Source of the DNA: Candidatus Kerfeldbacteria bacterium | GTDB lineage: Bacteria > Patescibacteriota > Patescibacteriia > UBA10025 > JAHIVO01 | Direction: 5' to 3' | Length of the DNA stretch: 64,000 nt | NCBI GenBank assembly: GCA_047946875.1 | Contig: CP181398.1 | Coordinates: 905,041-969,040, forward strand | In this document: positions 61,276-64,000 of the stretch, piece by piece | Position numbering within the stretch: position 1 is the stretch's first letter | How the letters are laid out: every line of letters starts with the position of its first letter | Translations under genes and position numbers: made by a program | The notes under the pieces: model-generated | The model's database searches: none | Seen by the model: the letters and a program-made list of their open reading frames with translations, nothing else | Told to the model about the DNA's origin: nothing

Positions 61276-61836
61276 TTATGCAACTGAAACTTCTTTTTTA
61301 TTTATATAGGGCTTAAATTTTACTGCAATCTCAAGAGCATGATCATTTAAAACTTTTTTATAATCATCATCCTTTGGATCAAGACCGTCGTGTGGTACCA
61401 AAATTACCATATCTGCCCGGTAATCCATTTTATTTGGGTTTGTAGTTAAATCAATAGTAACTCTTACGATATCTTTTGGATTATTCTCTGGATCAACTTG
61501 AAACTCAAAAAAACAATCAATACTATGATATTGATCTAACGAAGATCCGACAGCTGTATAATATTTTAATTGACTATAATCTTCTAATCCTAGTTCATCG
61601 GCTATAGTTGCATGTAAATCATATGCGAACCAAGCATGAGGATCAGTAGGATCGCCAATTTGGTTTTCCTTCACATAATCCAAAGCATCATCAAATTTCT
61701 GATAACTTGTTTCACCAGACGATTGCTGTTCTTGAGTTTTCTTCACTCCACCAAGCATATTGTTTTCTACAAGCTTACCACTAGGTCCGTCATAATTAAA
61801 ACTAATTCCACCTCCTTCTACTCCTCGTTTTGCCAT
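61276..61836 (-). CDS. Hypothetical protein
   Basis: YTAVGSSLD.YH.ID.FF..., VTIDLT.NP.K..AD; possibly a PD-(D/E)xK-like fold (speculative). Confidence 0.65.
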   Translation of the reverse strand: MAKRGVEGGGISFNYDGPSGKLVENNMLGGVKKTQEQQSSGETSYQKFDDALDYVKENQIGDPTDPHAWFAYDLHATIADELGLEDYSQLKYYTAVGSSLDQYHSIDCFFEFQVDPENNPKDIVRVTIDLTTNPNKMDYRADMVILVPHDGLDPKDDDYKKVLNDHALEIAVKFKPYINKKEVSVA

Positions 61837-61947
61837 ATATTTTAATATAATTATTTACTAATTAAATTATATTAACAGTATACCAAATTATATACAATAC
61901 CACCCGAATTTATTTGTATCTAAAATATATGTTATATTATATACACT

Positions 61948-63906
61948 ATGAAATTTAAGATTCAATCAAAATTTAAACCTACTGGCGACCAACCGCAAGC
62001 AATTAAAAAACTCACCGCTGGTATTAAAAAGGGGCTAACCCATCAAACACTACTTGGTGTTACTGGATCAGGTAAAACCTTTACCATGGCTAATGTTATT
62101 GAAAAAATACAACAGCCAACTTTAATAATGTCCCATAATAAAACATTGGCAGCACAACTTGCTTCAGAACTACAAGACTTCTTCCCTAATAACGCCGTGC
62201 ACTATTTCGTCTCTTATTATGATTACTATCAACCAGAAGCATATATCCCACGTAGCGATACATATATAGAGAAGACGACTTCTATCAATGAAGAGATTGA
62301 TCGACTAAGACATGCTTCCACCCAAGCACTACTATCTAGAGATGATGTAATTATAGTATCTTCAGTCTCAGCTATTTATGGCTTAGGATCGCCTATCGAA
62401 TACAAAAGAGATGCTCTTAAATTGATAAAAGGTCAGAATGAATTACGTGATAATATTTTAACTAACCTAGTAAATATTCACTACCAACGCAATCAAACAG
62501 ATCTCTGGCGAAACAAATTCAGAATCAAAGGAGAAGTCTTAGAGATATTTCCATCTTCCTCTGAAAACAATTTTTATCGGATTCAATTCTTCGGTGATCT
62601 GATAGAAAAAATTACTGAGATAGATTCTCTTACTCAGAAAGTTATTGCCGAACATGATGAAGTAGAGATTTATCCAGCTAGGCATTATCTTGCACCAGAC
62701 GAAGCTATGAAAAAGGCTTTGAAACAAATAGAACAAGACATGAAGAAACAAGTGGCTAAATTTACTAAGGAAAACAAATTGATTGAAGCTCAACGTCTAG
62801 AACAGAGAACGCGCTATGACATAGAAATGATTAAACAAATAGGTTACTGCAATGGCATCGAGAATTACTCTAGATACTTCGACCAACGCAAACCTGGCGA
62901 ACCCCCTTCTACCTTGATAGATTTTTTTCCTAAAGATTATCTGATGTTTATAGATGAGTCTCATATGACCATCCCTCAAATTCGTGGCATGTATTTTGGG
63001 GATAAAGCTCGAAAAGAAACATTAGTAAGTTTTGGTTTTAGACTTCCGGCTGCACTAGATAATAGACCATTAAAGTTTGAAGAATTTAATAAAAAAATAA
63101 ATCAGTTAACTTATGTATCTGCCACTCCAAGTGACTACGAAGCAGAATGGTCAAAGCAAACCGCCGAACAATTAGTCAGACCAACTGGTCTTCTAGACCC
63201 AACCATAGAAATAAGAGAAACAACCAATCAAATTGATAACCTTATTGGCGAAATAAAAAAAACCATAGCTAAAAAACAACGCGTCTTAATAACCACTTTG
63301 ACAAAACGTATGTCCGAAGATTTAACAGAATATCTGGCCGATTTAGATATTAAGGTTCAGTATATTCATTCTGAAGTAGATACACTAGAACGCTTAGAAA
63401 TTTTGCGTGATTTGCGCTTAGGAAAATACGACGTACTAATAGGCATAAATCTACTCAGAGAAGGTCTTGATCTACCAGAAGTGTCCTTAATAGCTATTCT
63501 AGACGCTGACAAGGAGGGCTTCCTCAGATCTGAGACCGCTCTTGTCCAAACTATGGGTCGAGCTGCCAGACACCAAGAAGGTCATATAATCATGTATGCA
63601 GACTCAGTAACTGGTTCGATGGATAGAGCTATCAAAGAAACAACCAGAAGAAGAAAATATCAAAAAACATATAATAAAAAACATGGCATTACTCCTACTT
63701 CTATCAATAAGGAAATTAAAGAATCTAGGCTAGCAGGCTCGAAGAAAGAGGTTAAAGAATTTATGTTTAAAAATACACCTAAAGAAGAAATTCCTCATCT
63801 AATAGCGGATTTAGACAGTAAAATGGAAATTGCTTCTAGGAATTTAGAATTCGAAAAAGCAGCTACCTTTAGAGATGAGATAGCTATGCTCAAAAAAATT
63901 AAGTAG
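61948..63906 (+). CDS. uvrB: Excinuclease ABC subunit B
   Basis: PTGDQP, GVTGSGKT, YYDYYQPEAY, DESH, INLLREGLD. Confidence 0.99.
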   Translation: MKFKIQSKFKPTGDQPQAIKKLTAGIKKGLTHQTLLGVTGSGKTFTMANVIEKIQQPTLIMSHNKTLAAQLASELQDFFPNNAVHYFVSYYDYYQPEAYIPRSDTYIEKTTSINEEIDRLRHASTQALLSRDDVIIVSSVSAIYGLGSPIEYKRDALKLIKGQNELRDNILTNLVNIHYQRNQTDLWRNKFRIKGEVLEIFPSSSENNFYRIQFFGDLIEKITEIDSLTQKVIAEHDEVEIYPARHYLAPDEAMKKALKQIEQDMKKQVAKFTKENKLIEAQRLEQRTRYDIEMIKQIGYCNGIENYSRYFDQRKPGEPPSTLIDFFPKDYLMFIDESHMTIPQIRGMYFGDKARKETLVSFGFRLPAALDNRPLKFEEFNKKINQLTYVSATPSDYEAEWSKQTAEQLVRPTGLLDPTIEIRETTNQIDNLIGEIKKTIAKKQRVLITTLTKRMSEDLTEYLADLDIKVQYIHSEVDTLERLEILRDLRLGKYDVLIGINLLREGLDLPEVSLIAILDADKEGFLRSETALVQTMGRAARHQEGHIIMYADSVTGSMDRAIKETTRRRKYQKTYNKKHGITPTSINKEIKESRLAGSKKEVKEFMFKNTPKEEIPHLIADLDSKMEIASRNLEFEKAATFRDEIAMLKKIK

Positions 63907-63914
63907 TAATATTA

Positions 63915-64000
63915 GAGATCGCTTCCCCCTCGACTTTCTCGGGTTCGCGATGACGGGGTTATTTATTAATTGTCATTGCGAGAAATGGAATGACGAAGCA
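63915..64000. repeat. REP-like palindromic elements
   Basis: GAGATCGCTTC...TCGCGATGAC, then the inverted relative GTCATTGCGAG...GACGAAGCA running off the window. Confidence 0.65.

Noticed and set aside
1969-62979. Many 60-127 aa ORFs antisense to or overlapping housekeeping genes
   Set aside because: Shadow ORFs of well-supported genes with no motifs of their own.
1-64000. Alternative genetic code (TGA as Gly)
   Set aside because: Conserved genes are uninterrupted in code 11 and some, such as ychF, end at TGA at the expected position.

Overview
AT-rich bacterial chromosome segment (genetic code 11) typical of a Patescibacteria/CPR (Parcubacteria-like) genome; the taxon is inferred from gene content and protein style. 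It is mostly housekeeping genes: rnj, trpS, rpsF-ssb-rpsR-efp, ychF, rsmE, glyA-folD, manB-murI, rpoBC-ftsK-recA, murE, metK with a SAM-I riboswitch, femX-like, ruvA and uvrB. Stand-alone accessory genes and many short GC-rich palindromic elements are interspersed. Highlights: (1) between rnj and trpS, an array of variable membrane-protein genes in which each unit starts with a copy of a conserved leader (up to ~215 bp) with coding-like divergence, a candidate recombinase-built cassette array; (2) a tRNA-Leu nested inside a second, degenerate tRNA-Leu-like shell in the rnj leader; (3) an unannotated ~260-nt rod-shaped RNA with its own promoter and terminator; (4) a zero-gap divergent Elp3 / Trm9-ALKBH8-like pair suggesting a eukaryote-like mcm5U34 pathway; (5) a structured, Shine-Dalgarno-rich region downstream of ychF; (6) nested palindromic micro-insertions into structured RNAs; (7) genes unexpected in CPR (plsX, FliA-like sigma factor, degenerate UbiA). 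All calls come from motif recognition by eye; no database searches were run.
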